Below, piece by piece: positions 13,053 through 27,066 of a DNA stretch of 64,000 bases. Below the pieces are notes generated by a model. It ran no database searches. It saw nothing but the letters and a program-made list of their open reading frames with translations, and was not told the DNA's origin. Made by a program: the position numbers and the translations under genes. The stretch is from Eledone cirrhosa. Taxonomy: Eukaryota. Every line of letters begins with the position of its first letter. Positions within the stretch are counted from its first letter, which is position 1. Location: the NCBI GenBank assembly GCA_964016885.1, contig OZ024743.1:116746001-116810000 (forward strand). The letters are read 5' to 3'.

Positions 13053-14389
13053 GGCTTAAATTTTCTCTATTTTGCATAACTTAATCAGGAAAGAAATAGC
13101 AAATCCCATGATGTGCCTTCTTGTGTGACCTTTGAGATAACTTTTGGAAAGACAATAAGAATCAACAACTCATAGGATATATTCATATTGAAGTCATAGT
13201 TAATTTGAATACTTGCAGCATAGGGGAAAACGATATAAAATTCTGGTTAAACACAGACTTTGGTGGTGGAGCTCAACCAAGTGTATATTGGATAGCAGAT
13301 AACCTAACTAACCACTCTGAATCACAATATCAAAATCTAATTACAAAAACAACTCACCCACATCATAACTTTGAATTGTTTTCAGTATTTTCTTTTGTCT
13401 CCCTTGTGGATATATTCAAAACACTCCTACAATAGTCTTCAGGGTTGTATTAGAGCAGAGATGGCCTATATATGTGTTGGCTATGAAAAGGTAAATTATT
13501 GCAAGAAGAGTAACAGCGTCAGGGCGATTGATGTGGCTGCAAATGAAATTTAAAATTGCCTTGTGGTTTCTAATGCTTGTTTGTTTTAACGTACATCAAC
13601 AATGATTTTATTTATTCATAAGACAGATAATAATGTTTTCTGTCGTCATCGTCTAAGGTAGATATGTAGTAAAGATATAAATCAATATTGAGCTCGTTAC
13701 AAATTAAGGTGTAGAGTAGGTTAGACTGATGACAGGAACGGAATATTAGAAACAAGCCTACCCCATACAGATATAACAAAACGTGTTCACATCAAATTGA
13801 AGAAATTTCGAAATAATAATTCGTAACCTAAGCACATCACAAATAATGGAAATCTTGGTTTTGCAACTAACTCGCTACTAAATTGTCACAGTGTCCATGA
13901 ATACCAAATGATAAATTGCATTTTAAAATCTAGAATAAACTATTTCATATATCTCCATTAACCATTCTGGAATTCCTTTTATCACTTACAGCATATTGGT
14001 TTTTGCCAGAACAAACACATTACGTATTTGAGCTTAATAGATGATACGTTTTACGTGCTAGAAATAGGTTTCAAATTTCAATCGAAACCCACTATTTCAT
14101 CTATACGAGACGATCAAATATGTACTAATAAATTATTAGGTAGCTATCCGAACGCCTATACATACTTCCTGGATCCCACATGCAAGACAAAGTTCACCTC
14201 AGTGAGCTATGAACTCAGAGAGCACAGGGATCTAGAACGAATAAGACAATAATTTCAATCTGACATTCTAATTCGACGCTTTATTTGTTTATCATATTCT
14301 TAGATCTTAACTTAGAAAGACGTGCCTTATAACTCGTGTAACTTGTTCGAGTCTTTATAAATTTACTATGTTATATCAAGAAAACGTGG

Positions 14390-14520
14390 ACGCAGCATAG
14401 CCGAATGGTTAAGGAGTTTACTTTGCAATCGTTAGGTCCTTGGCTCCATCTCACTGACTCAAGCTTCAGGTCGATTCCTGCTTTGAAAATGAAATTAGGT
14501 AAACGGAAACTGTCGGGTGG
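14390..14520 (+). mobile_element. SINE family B, partial
   Basis: tagccgaatggttaagg A-box-like head, ggtaaacggaaactg. Confidence 0.5.
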
Positions 14521-14749
14521 ATATTATCTGTAGTTCAAAGAGCCAACCTTGACAAACACTGTGATAGTGAATCTCCCTGAGAATTACTTTCAAGGTACAC
14601 TTGTCTGTAGAATGCTCAGTCATGTGTACTTTAATTTCACGAGCAGACCTTCCTTTGATCGAAGAACTGGAAAATTCCACGCCAAATATTTGGAGATCCG
14701 TTTCATTCTATCAAGGAAGAAAAGGAGATATTCATTTTTATATACATAT

Positions 14750-15060
14750 GGGCATGTGTAGCTATGTGGTTAAGAAGTCTGCTTCGCAACCCTATGGTTT
14801 TACCTTCACTCTCCCTGTTTCGCACTTTGGACATGTCTTCTACGATAGCTTTGAATTAACTTATGCTTGTGAGCAAAATTTGGTAAACGGAAAATTCTGC
14901 AAAGTCAATCATTCATGCATATATGTGTCATTCGTGTGTGTGCGTCTGTGTTCATGTTTATGTACCTATATTTATATTGACGCCGCTTTAAAATGTTGCA
15001 AGTTAGTCATTCGACAAATAGAGATCTATAAAATCAGTACCAGGCCCGATATTATAGACT
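14750..15060 (+). mobile_element. SINE family B
   Basis: gtagctatgtggttaagaagtctgcttcgcaacc...tgtcttctac...gcttgtgag...ttggtaaacggaaa, tail with agtaccaggc. Confidence 0.6.
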
Positions 15061-15689
15061 AAACCTTATAAGACAGGGCTCGGCTCAGAACAAATAGCTA
15101 AAACCAGTTGACGAATAAAATCATTCAGTTCAACATATTTAAAGGGTACACATTTTGTTAGTTGTAACTTCATAGTTACTATATAAGTGAAATTTGTTTT
15201 ATGGCTTCTATGCTGACGATGAGAGTAGATTATCTTACTAATTATAGCCAATTATTTTGTAGAACCTATGGATAGAGAAATAAATTGCAAATCTCTTATT
15301 CCTGTGAATTGGGAACAATTGCCTATTTAACAGCAACACCGCCTGCAAGATTAAATAATGGAGCCTCTAATTTGTTTCTCAACCTGCTAAAACTAGCAGC
15401 AAAGTCTTCCTCATTTCATACTTCACTGTTACATATAACAATCGGACACATTAGATAATGTAGTCCTGCATACATTGTGATTAGCATATTTTGTCGAAGG
15501 TCGAAACGAAAAGTGTGGTCTAGGTGATGGAAGTATAAGTATCTCAACTCTTTCTTATTTTAACTGTCTTAAATGTCTATATTATCTCCCTATTTATCTA
15601 TATGGGTTTTGGTTTCTTCCTAAACTACTAATGTTATGGCTATGAAAAGGCAATCATTTCTCCATTACATAAATGCTGTTGACGTAATG

Positions 15690-16257
15690 GTCGTTCTGAT
15701 GATGTCATCAGTTGTACCCAGAAGTGTTAAAATTTAGTACTTTTATAGTGAGCAAAATATTTGCCGAACCACTAAGGCTATGACCATCGAACTTTGCAGG
15801 GTTATAGTTACTGCATATAGCTACTGCCGTGTACCTTCTCTTTGCCATGTTTGTTATTAAATGAAACAATAACAATGCAAAGTCAAACAATTTGCAAAAT
15901 GGATAAAATTTATTTGCCATTGTAACCACAGAGTTGTCGTGGAATAGTTGCCATAGCAACCATTGCCATGCAACTCAAAATAAGTTATATTGTTTCGGTT
16001 AAAAAGCTGTATAATCAGATTTTGTAACAAGAAAAATCAAAGAACTATCACAATTTTATACCACCTGTTCCACTCCTGTCGTTTCTACGGCAACAAGGAA
16101 TTGTTTTTCAAAATCAGTTATGTAAGCATGTACTAGGATAAATTGTAGGAAAAGTCACTGAATTTCAAAAATAAATCTGCTTTCTCTTAAGATTTATGGA
16201 AAAAGAAAGCATGAGGAAAGGCTTTGAGAGCTCTCCCTGCAGCATAATAGGGTTAAA
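15690..16257. mobile_element. Possible non-autonomous DNA transposon relic with a piggyBac-like GGGTTAA end
   Basis: Ends atagggttaa; internal repeats gttgccat/gtttctacggcaac; matching left terminus not found. Confidence 0.25.
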
Positions 16258-16662
16258 CTTAGAATAACCAGAAGATTAGTTCACAAAGTTTCCGTTTGTC
16301 CTCATTCATAGCCAACTGTCACAACATGGTATCTGTAAACATAATAATTGCTTTTTCTCTCATCCATTCGTAGCTATCCCTGAAGAGGATTTAATCGAAA
16401 TTTACTGATAAAAATTAATTTCATTGTCGAAACATATCTGCCGGAATTTTCGAGAGTAATTCTCTGTTCGAATGTTTGGAATGAGAACAAAATAAAATTT
16501 CTGATCGACAACTCGATATCAACATTGGTGTATCAACAAATATCCACATTAGAGATATAATAATATAATTATGTTTTATAGAGATTTGTATTCAGTCAAT
16601 TCTTCGTTTACTGTATACAATTCCAAAATTAATATACATTATATATTATGTTATATATATAA

Positions 16663-16832
16663 AGGCGGTGGATTGGCAGTATCTTTGAAGCATAGAGTTA
16701 GGTCCCGTTATGATCTGAGTTCAAATCAATCCGAGGTTCACTTTGCCTTTCATCCTTACGGGGGTCGATAAAATAAAGTACCAGTAATACACTGGTTAAT
16801 TTGCTGGCCTTGTGCCAAAAGTAGAAACAATT
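16663..16832 (+). mobile_element. SINE family A
   Basis: ggcggtggattggcagta...gagttcaaatc...ctttgcctttcatccttacgggggtcgataaaataaagtaccag...gtagaaacaatta. Confidence 0.9.
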
Positions 16833-16898
16833 ATGTTATATATATAAATATATATATATATGTGTGTGTGTATGTATATATATAAATATATGTATATG

Positions 16899-16929
<31 letters not shown>

Positions 16930-17178
16930 CGGTGCTCTGAAATAGCGTTGTATATATGAATATACGTATTATATATTAAAAATAATATACTGTATGTTTC
17001 TTTTAACACATTTTGAAGGCCTTTCTTTATGAATTTTAGATAGACTAACGTCACATACCTGGCCTCAGAAGCTAGGTTGTAACGCTAGTCACTATCTTAA
17101 ATTCATAACGCAAGGCCTTCAAAAAGTGTTTTAAATAAACATACAGTATATTATTAAATATACAATGCGTACACTCAT
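16930..17178. repeat. Fold-back element; half copies at 37085-37240 and 47325-47420
   Basis: aataatatactgtatgttt...ttttgaaggcctt pairs with aaggccttcaaaa...aaacatacagtatattatt. Confidence 0.7.
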
Positions 17179-17520
17179 ATATATATATATATATTGGTTT
17201 TTTCCCTGGATTAAATAAAATCTGTGGATAAAATTTCTGTCTTGGCTTTTTTTTAATTGTGATTGAATTATTTTTCTCATATCTTACGTTAAATATTTTC
17301 CATCTTGACGTAATAGTCACTTATATCTATGAATTACTGTTGGCTTCTTGCTCACATTAATTTCTCTATTTTCATTTATATATATATATAAATGAAGTAA
17401 TTCCGTCGGCAAGGTCCAGGAAAAAAGAGTGCTCCATGTAGGTTACAGAGCTTATTAGTTGTGTAATAAACAACAGGTTTTTCAAATCCACCGTCAATAA
17501 AGACACCAGGAGTTTTTTTC

Positions 17521-17572
17521 ATTCTGATGAATGAAAGCAATTTTGGTTGCTTTCAAGAAACCACTGGTAAAT
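17521..17572 (+). ncRNA. Minimal type I hammerhead ribozyme within a ~210-bp element between (TA)n tracts
   Basis: ATT-CTGATGA-A TGAAAGCAAT tttg GTTGCTTTCA A-GAAA-CCACTGG-TA-AAT; GUA cleavage triplet. Confidence 0.75.
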
Positions 17573-17600
17573 CAAATAATTATCTTATCTGTTTATTACA

Positions 17601-17640
<40 letters not shown>

Positions 17641-17795
17641 TGTGTGTTATATATGTGTGTGTGTGTATGTATAAAGACACACATATATATATATATATAC
17701 ATATATATACATATATACACACACGCATACATATATATATGTATATATATATATATATATATATTTGTGTGTGTGCGATCACACTATGACATGTA

Positions 17796-17980
17796 AATTA
17801 TTGTTTCTACTTTTGGCACAAGGCCAGTAAATACCCCAGGGCATTACTGGTACTATATTTTATCGAACCCGTAAGGATGAAAGGCAAAAGTAACCTCGGC
17901 GGTACTTGAACTCAGATAATAAAGGGGTGTAACTCCATGTTTCAAAGCATGGATTTCGATTCTCTACCGATACTGCCAAT
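17796..17980 (-). mobile_element. SINE family A
   Basis: ttgtttctacttttggcacaaggcc...taaggatgaaaggcaaa...tgaactcag...ctaccgatactgccaat. Confidence 0.9.
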
Positions 17981-18419
17981 GTAAATAATATTTGAAAGTG
18001 AATCTAAAAATATGCTCAAAAAGGAATTGACTATATACTGATCTCTATAAAGCATAGTAATATATGTTGATACACCAACGATAACAACGCTTTGTCGATC
18101 AGAAATGTTCTTCTTCCTTCATACTAAATGTTCAAACAGAGAATTAGGCTCGAAAGTCCCGGTAGATATGTTTCGGCAATGAAACTATTTTATCAGTAAC
18201 ATTCGATTAAATCCTCTTCAGGGGGTAGCTATGAATGAATGAGAGTAAAATCAAATATTGTATTTATAGCTACCATGTTGTGTCAGTTGGCTGTGTAAAT
18301 ATGCATACCAACACACACACAATATGTATTTATGTATGTATGTATATATAAATATGTATGTATATATAAATATATATATATATATTTATATATACATACC
18401 AACTGCTGACCTGACATAA

Positions 18420-18603
<184 letters not shown>

Positions 18604-19205
18604 TTATGTCAGGTCAGCAGTTGGTGCTACTGGTAACATGTATCCCAGTACAACCTGTCTCATGATCGGGTCTTTGGCGACTAAACTGTCAACCTCACCA
18701 ATGTTTCTTGGTGAGGAGAGTGACTTTGGACAATCCTGCAGGACTAAAAACAAAGGGCAAAAGAGCTCTTAAGTGTCAATGGCCATCCAAAATCACCGGG
18801 AGAGATGACCCCTTAGCCTTTGTCAAGGCAGAATTCTAGGAGAAGGAAAACTCTGATATAACACCTGCAACCCTGATGGTATCCAATGATGTTGACTTGT
18901 TCTTCTTTTTGGTAAATATCATCTTGGTTAAGAGAGTGGGACTGGCTTTGTGCAGTGCCTTTGCTCACTATAAAAGCTTCACGGCACAGGCATTGCTTTA
19001 TATCCGGAGATTTCTCTGCACTTTTCGTCACATGGTACCATGGGCCCAGCACTATGTGTCAATAATTGTCACAGGTGTAGTGTTTGTACCACAGTTTTCA
19101 AGTCGCTGGCTGGACTAAAAAGTCACACTCGTTCAGCGTATCGGTAGGGTTCTCCTACATGGATATAAAGTAGTGGCCGTACTCGAAAACGAGTTGGCAG
19201 CCACC

Positions 19206-19361
<156 letters not shown>

Positions 19362-19962
19362 GTGTGTGCGTGTGTGTGTGTGTGAGGGGGTGGGGTGTAG
19401 GATCTCTCTATTTAGAAAACAAAGAAGATTAACTTAAAACACTATGAAATTAAACAACTATATCTTCGTTGAGATGAGAACCATGTCCAAAAATATGTTT
19501 GGCAAATAATATATCGTAGATCATACTACAAATAAATTACATGAACTATTAACCCGGTGAATTAAATCACCGAGTAGATAAGTAGCTCGTTTTGCAGTAA
19601 TGAGGTTCCTCGCTCGGTCCTACGAATAGCATCTTAGGCTTTCCGAGGCTTATAAGATGAATAATATAGATGGTAACTATTAACTTTCTGTCGATGAATT
19701 AGTCTCGTCATTCTATTGAGCAGCATAGTCTCTCTGCATCATACTATCTTTGCGTGGGTATTACGGTAAAGGTATTGTGCAAGTGAAATAAGCCCCACTC
19801 GCTCACCAATTCAATGAGTAAATCTTCAGGTAACAGAATATCGAGCATAGTGTATAAAAAGACTATATTTCCCAATATATCATTCTGCTTTTAATACGGT
19901 AAGGTTTGATTCCACAAGTTACAAATGGAAAAAAGTCATTGGATATATAGATAAATAAATAA

Positions 19963-19998
<36 letters not shown>

Positions 19999-20004
19999 CA
20001 ATAT

Positions 20005-20041
<37 letters not shown>

Positions 20042-20334
20042 AGAGAGAGAGAGGGATAGAGAGAGAAAAGAGAGAGATAGGGAGGGGGATAAATAGGTAG
20101 ATAGATAGATAGTTAGATAGATAGATAGGGCTGATAACGAACTTCTCAGGAAGTACGTACGACTTGGTGTCCTGCCAATAAACACCAGAATGGCTATTAG
20201 CATACTTGCAGAATATCCAGGAAGAAAATCACTGCGTGTAACAAAAGCTACGATATCAACGATGTATTTCCCAATAAGGTAGTGTTACTTTTAATTAATT
20301 CATACATACACACACACACACGTATATATATATA

Positions 20335-21030
20335 TCACTGATGAAGGACTAACTTTATTCATATGTAACCCATTTGCAACCACGCACAACGTTTGTTCTC
20401 ATATTCACACATATTTTCCTCCGCTGTGACCCGTCTATTTCGTTCTTACTGCTTCCTCTTTCTCTGTATCTTTACCCTCTCTAACAGCCACTCTCTATGT
20501 TAGCCGCTTCCTCACCCTTCACTCACTCACTCTCTGCTACTACCTCTCCTACTTCCTCCCGTTTGACCTGTCCGTAATTCTTTTCTCGCGCACGCTTGAC
20601 CAGGCTGGTTCCCCTTTTCTCTCTCTCGTCTACGATTTCATAGAACTTATGTTCACCGAATTCACGGACTGGTCTCCTGCGTCCTCCCGTTTGACCTGTG
20701 CGGAATTCCTTCTTTGCTCACATTTCGACTAGGTTTGATGGTCTTTATTCTCTCTCGTTCACAATTTCACCGAACTTACATTCATGGAAATCTGGGACTT
20801 GACTCTTTCTTCCTCACTTTTCGTTGCTTTACCATCTTTGTTTCTTTACACTCTCGCTCGTTCCCTTTATTTACGTGTCCCAACGACTTTCTTTAGCCGT
20901 TGCTCGCACCAACTGGAGGTATATGGTCTTTAAAACGATGAAATACCAATGATGGTTGGAAGATCACTGATGAAAGACTAACTTTATTCATATGTAACCC
21001 ATTTGCAACCACGCAGCACGTTTGTTCTTA
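20335..21030 (+). mobile_element. Non-coding element with ~65-bp direct terminal repeats, inserted in (TA)n
   Basis: tcactgatgaaRgactaactttattcatatgtaacccatttgcaaccacgca at 20335 and 20964; internal duplication cctcccgtttgacctgt. Confidence 0.75.
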
Positions 21031-21085
21031 TATATATATATTAAAATAAAAGTATTAATAAAATAGATGTTCTTTTGATCAATTA

Positions 21086-21140
21086 CATTTTATTATACAT
21101 ATTTCGGATGTACAACAGTACGTCCTCATCAGACAAAATA
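21086..21140 (-). ncRNA. Minimal type I hammerhead ribozyme
   Basis: Minus strand TATTTTGT-CTGATGA-GGACGTAC tgtt GTACATCC-GAAA-TATGTA-TA-ATAAAATG. Confidence 0.8.
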
Positions 21141-21399
21141 TAATGATACATGACTTACCATGACATGTTAAATAGTTAAAGATTTAATCAAGGTAGTGAT
21201 TAACCCGATAGAAAATTTTACTTTTATCCTATGTATGTGAAAGTGCGAAAACGTAATAAATTCATTAGAGAATGTGTGAGAAAGAAAAAACGTTGCATAC
21301 TGTAACTGTTCTAAAATTTTAAAGTGTATGATACTACAATATATCTAGGAAAACGTCTCATGAATCATAACAGCCAGTGATGGCCACTGGAAAAAGATT

Positions 21400-21455
<56 letters not shown>

Positions 21456-22115
21456 GGGGGGGGGGTATGTGTGTGTGTGTGAGTAAGTATATATATATAT
21501 ATTTACACATATACTTGTTCTAATTGCAAACACAGACAGATTATTTTCCTATGATTAATGACTAAATCTCGCTTAGATTTTCCAGCTTTAAGATTACGTA
21601 TGATTGATATTTTTTGGTAACTCCATAGACGCTAATTATTGAATAGTTGAAAGCATAGGGTGAAGCAGGGGTAGAGTCCTCCATCGATGATATCTGTTCT
21701 CTTTTACAATAATCAATCAGATAATGACCTTGATCAAATAAACACAACTGGTATTCCCGAACTATCCATATTCAATGAAATGGATGTAATCTGTATGCAT
21801 ATTTGTTTAAGGTGTTATTGCTATGATATCAGTACATATGGGAGTGTAAAGTCATATATATGTTTGCGAATGTGCGAGTGTATGTATATCTGTGTATGTT
21901 TGGATGTTTATGTGTGTGTGTGTATGTGTGTGTGTGAGTATATATATATATATGTATATATATATATTAAATTGTTAAACAATATTCAATGATTATGTCA
22001 AAGAATGAGTTTTTCAGTAGATTGGAAGCACTCAACGGTAAAAAAAAATAATTTTCTGGAGTTATTAATATTAAAATATAAGTATTAATAAAATAGATGT
22101 TCTTTTGATCAATTA

Positions 22116-22170
22116 CATTTTATTATACATATTTCGGATGTACAACAGTACGTCCTCATCAGACAAAATA
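22116..22170 (-). ncRNA. Minimal type I hammerhead ribozyme (copy 2)
   Basis: Same sequence as 21086-21140. Confidence 0.8.
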
Positions 22171-22429
22171 TAATGATACATGACTTACCATGACATGTTA
22201 AATAGTTAAAGATTTAATCAAGGTACTGATTAACCCGATAGAAAATTTTACTTTTATCCTATGTATGTGAAAGTGCGAAAACGTAATAAATTCATTAGAG
22301 AATGTGTGAGAAAGAAAAAACGTTGCATACTGTAAGTGTTCTAAAATTTTAAAGTGTATGATACTACAATATATCTAGGAAAACGTCTCATGAATCATAA
22401 CAGCCAGTGATGGCCACTGGAAAAAGATT

Positions 22430-22475
<46 letters not shown>

Positions 22476-22957
22476 GGGGGGGTGTATGTGTGTGTGTGTG
22501 AGTAAGTATATATATATATATTTACACATATACTTGTTCTAATTGCAAACACAGACAGATTATTTTCCTATGATTAATGACTAAATCTCTCTTAGATTTT
22601 CCAGCTTTAAGATTACGTATGATTGATATTTTTTGGTAACTCCATAGACACTAATTATTGAATAGTTGAAAGCATAGGGTGAAGTAGGGGTAGAGTCCTC
22701 CATCGATGATATCTGTTCTCTTTTACAATAATCAATCAGATAATGACCTTGATCAAATAAACACAACTGGTATTCCCGAACTATCCATATTCAATGAAAT
22801 GGATGTAATCTGTATGCATATTTGTTTAAGGTGTTATTGCTATGATATCAGTACATATGGGAGTGTAAAGTCATATATATGTTTGCGAATGTGCGAGTGT
22901 ATGTATATATGTGTATGTTTGGATGTTTATGTGTGTGTGTGTATGTGTGTGTGTGAG

Positions 22958-22990
<33 letters not shown>

Positions 22991-23139
22991 TAAATTGTTA
23001 AACAATATTCAATGATTATGTCAAAGAATGAGTTTTTCAGTAGATTGGAAGCACTCAACGGTAAAAAAAAAATAATTTTCTGGAGTTATTAATATTAAAA
23101 TGTAAGTATTAATAAAATAGATGTTCTTTTGATCAATTA

Positions 23140-23194
23140 CATTTTATTATACATATTTCGGATGTACAACTGTACGTCCTCATCAGACAAAATA
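23140..23194 (-). ncRNA. Minimal type I hammerhead ribozyme (copy 3)
   Basis: Same fold with one change in loop II. Confidence 0.8.
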
Positions 23195-24046
23195 TAATGA
23201 TACATGACATACCCTGAGATGTTAAATGGTTAAGATTTAATCAAGGTAGTGATTAACCCGAAAGAAAATTTTACTTTTATCCTATCTATGTGAAAGTGCG
23301 AAAAGTAATAAATTCATTAGAGAATGTGTGAGTAAGAAAAAACGTTGCATAATGTAAGTGTTCTAAAATTTTAAAGTGTATGATACTACAATACATCTAG
23401 GAAAACGTCTCATGAATCATAACAGCCAGTGATGGCCACTGGAAAAAGATTTATAAGGAGGGAAGTATAAAGTGTGGGTTTTTTTTTCGAAAGTTAAACG
23501 GTTAGATTTGAAAATATTTAATTTATAATATTAAGGTGAAGACTCTAGAATTCAGGATTATTTATTTTGCTAGTTATTTATAAATTATTTATATAAACTC
23601 GATAAGTGTGTTATCATTTTTAAACTTCTGAATTGTGAGAATATCATTTAAAGGATTTAGCTGGCACATAAAGAATGAAATATCATACTGTTGATTATTT
23701 ACCTCAATCTAAACTTTAACAAATATACCAACATATTAGGTATGTAAAGCTTTTGAAGTACTTATTGTTATAAATATTTAAATAACTATAATGTATATAG
23801 GTATATATTAATGAGCCAGTATGTTTAAGGTAAATAATACCGACGAAGATAAAGATAAAATAATATGTTAAGGATAAATATATACATATGTAAAACTGGG
23901 TGTAAATGTAGTAATTATTCTTTAACCACAATATCAACACATTATTAGATATAGGGATGTATATATATAGATATATATTAGGTATTATTAGTGTAGTATA
24001 CTTTAGGAAAATGACAACAGTTATACTCTTATCAACGTGTTACATT

Positions 24047-24166
<120 letters not shown>

Positions 24167-25439
24167 AAAAACAAACAATGAATGCATGTGTAAACATTTT
24201 TATGAAACTTATCTATAACTCCAAATTTTTAATGAGTTTTTGATCTATTATTTATAGTATAATATAGCATATATTTCTTTTAAATATACTTACTGCACTA
24301 TAAGATCTAAATTTTGAGACGGATTCAAACTTATATATAAATGTGAACTTTTCGTTGTACTTTCGATTTATTATTTATTTATTTACAATATAATCTATTA
24401 TAATATATATGTAGTTATATATTGTATTTTATATATTTTTAAATATTTTAAAATATACCTATCACATTTCGATATATATGATTCAAATATAGATAAAATA
24501 TCCAAACTAAAAATAATTATAAACATTATTTTGTACTCTATATTATACATACACTCATTGTTGTTTTTCTTATATGTATATATATATATATTTAAATGTA
24601 ACACGTTGATAAGAGTATAACTGTTGTCATTTTCCTAAAGTAAACTACACTAGTAATACCTAATATATATACATCCCTATATCTAATAATATGTTTATAT
24701 CTTGGTTGAAGAATAATTACTACATTTACACCTAGTTATACATATGTATATATTTATCATTAACATATTATATTATCTTTATCTTCGTAGGTATTATTTA
24801 CCTTAAACATACTGGCTCATTAATATATACCTATATACATTATAGTTATTTAAATATTTATAACAATAAGTACTTCAAATGCTTTACATACATAATATGT
24901 TGGTATTTTTGTTAAAGTTTAGATTTAGGTAAATAAACAACAGTATAATATTTCATTCTTTATGTGCCAGCTACATCCTTTAAATGATATTCTCACAATT
25001 CAGAAGTTTAGAATTGATAACATACTTATCGAGTTTATATAAATAATATATAAATAACTAGCAAAATAAATAATCCTGAAATCTGGAGTCTTCACCTTAA
25101 TATTATAAATTAAATATTTTCAAATCTAACCGTTTAACTTTCGAAAAAGAAAACCCACACTTTATACATCCCTCCTGATAAATCTTTTTTCCAGTGGCCA
25201 TCACTGGCTGTTATGATTCATGAGACGTTTTCCTAGATGTATTGTAGTATCATACACTTTAAAATTTTAGAACACTTACAGTATGCAACGTTTTTTCTTA
25301 CTCACACATTCTCTAATGAATTTATTACGTTTTCGCACTTTCACATAGATAGGATAAAAGTAAAATTTTCTATCGGGTTAATCACTACCTTGATTAAATC
25401 TTAACCATTTAACATCTCAGGGTATGTCATGTATCATAA

Positions 25440-25494
25440 TATTTTGTCTGATGAGGACATACTGTTGTACATCCGAAATATGTATAATAAAATG
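25440..25494 (+). ncRNA. Minimal type I hammerhead ribozyme (inverted copy 4)
   Basis: tattttgt-ctgatga-ggacatac tgtt gtacatcc-gaaa-tatgta-ta-ataaaatg; one extra stem II mismatch. Confidence 0.75.
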
Positions 25495-25643
25495 TAATTG
25501 ATCAAAAGAACATCTATTTTATTAATACTTATATTTTAATATTAATAACTCCAGAAAATTATTTTTTTTTACCGTTGAGTGCTTCCAATCTACTGAAAAA
25601 CTCATTCTTTGACATAATCATTGAATAGTGTTTAACAATTTAA

Positions 25644-25674
<31 letters not shown>

Positions 25675-25675
25675 G

Positions 25676-26932
25676 ACGTCACTTTCAGCTTATATATGGA
25701 GTCTAAAAGATAACCACACCCAATATAAGTTACACTGGGAGATCCTAGCTAGGGCTAGATCGTATAACGGAAATAAAAGACCATGTGACCTCTGCGCCGC
25801 TGAGGCCCTGGAAATACTCTAGCCACACACCTCATCTTAAACAAAAAATCTGAGGCAATTTCGGCTTGTAAACATAAATTGCACAAAACTTTCCTGTATT
25901 ACAGCCCCACGTTATACCCTAACGGATAGCACGACCTATACGTGGATATTTTACGTCTTGATATGGGAGCTAAGTATATGTTTTGTTTATTCCTTTACTT
26001 ATTTGCATAGGTAAGTATATATTACCCGTATGTTTTGTGAAGGTATGTATACTTTCTCGTACGTATATTTGACTGTTATGGAGTATAATTTTTACATAGT
26101 CTGGTACATAGGGTTTGGCTATGTGTATACGGGAGTTTTGCGTCTGCGTGAGTATGCAGGTTCGTACGTATGGTGGGTGTGTGTATATGTGTACTTCTTG
26201 TTTTAGTTGACTTACGTCTCCGAACATTCGTGTATTTATATGTAGGTATGCGTGTGCGCTTGTTATATACGTATTTATTTACTTATATACGTTGATATAA
26301 TTATTTATTTATTTGTACACAAGCATACACACACACATACATATTTATATGTGCGTGGTTTTGTATACCTATGGTAAGGTTTTGCGTATGCTTGTGTATG
26401 TACGTATCTGTTTGCATGTATTATTTATTTGTTTCTATTACTTCTGTATTGTATTTATTTACTTTGTTCTTAACTCTGTAGCGGGGATTAATTTTAGTCT
26501 ACGACTTCTGCTATACCATTTACGTAGTTTTGTCTTTGCGTGCTATTGTTCTCCACGCTCCACATATGACCTATTATCTTCGTTTTTTCGTTCATTGCCA
26601 GAGAACGTCTCTATGCACCACCTAAGAGAACATTAGTCTACGACCTATTTTATACCATAAACGTGGTTCTGTCTTTGCGCGTAATTGTTTTTCACCGCTC
26701 CTATTAATGAAGTATTATTCGTTTTTTCCCGTTCTTTGCTAGCGAACGTTACCACGAACCAAAGTATCGTCTTCCTGTCTTCCTCCGGCTGCAACGTTTT
26801 TTGAAATATCCAGTTCTGCGTTTACAGATTGACTTTGTTAGTTTCAGAAGATCCCGTTAAGGGTGAAAGCAGCGATTCTTTGCTTAAACTTTAATCTGGT
26901 ATTTTAATAAATATTTGCTCTACGGTTCTTAT
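25676..26932 (+). mobile_element. 5'-truncated Penelope-like element: GIY-YIG C-terminus plus 3' UTR
   Basis: TSLSAYIWSLK...WEILARARSY...CDLCAAEALEIL then LNKKSEAISACKHK, homologous to 54425-55078; UTR recurs at 63010-64000; starts at (TA)n. Confidence 0.85.
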
Positions 26933-27000
26933 ATATTTGATATATATTTTCCTTATCGAGCCCTCTTTGGATTTTAGTCTTCAATTTTATTATTATTACT

Positions 27001-27064
<64 letters not shown>

Positions 27065-27066
<2 letters not shown>

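Larger units (their letters stand above)
16300..18295. repeat. Old inverted duplication: arms ~16300-16832 and ~17796-18295, each including a family A SINE
   Basis: agccaactgtcacaacatggta...ctgaagaggatttaatcgaa...cgaaacatatct matches the reverse complement of 18140-18292. Confidence 0.8.
21040..23452. repeat. Tandem array of a ~1.03-kb unit (about 2.4 copies)
   Basis: Near-identical blocks recur at 21086, 22116 and 23140 (periods 1030 and 1024). Confidence 0.95.

Noticed and set aside
18610-19205. GC-richer insert between microsatellites, perhaps a LINE 5' region
   Set aside because: No protein motif or second copy in the window to support a call
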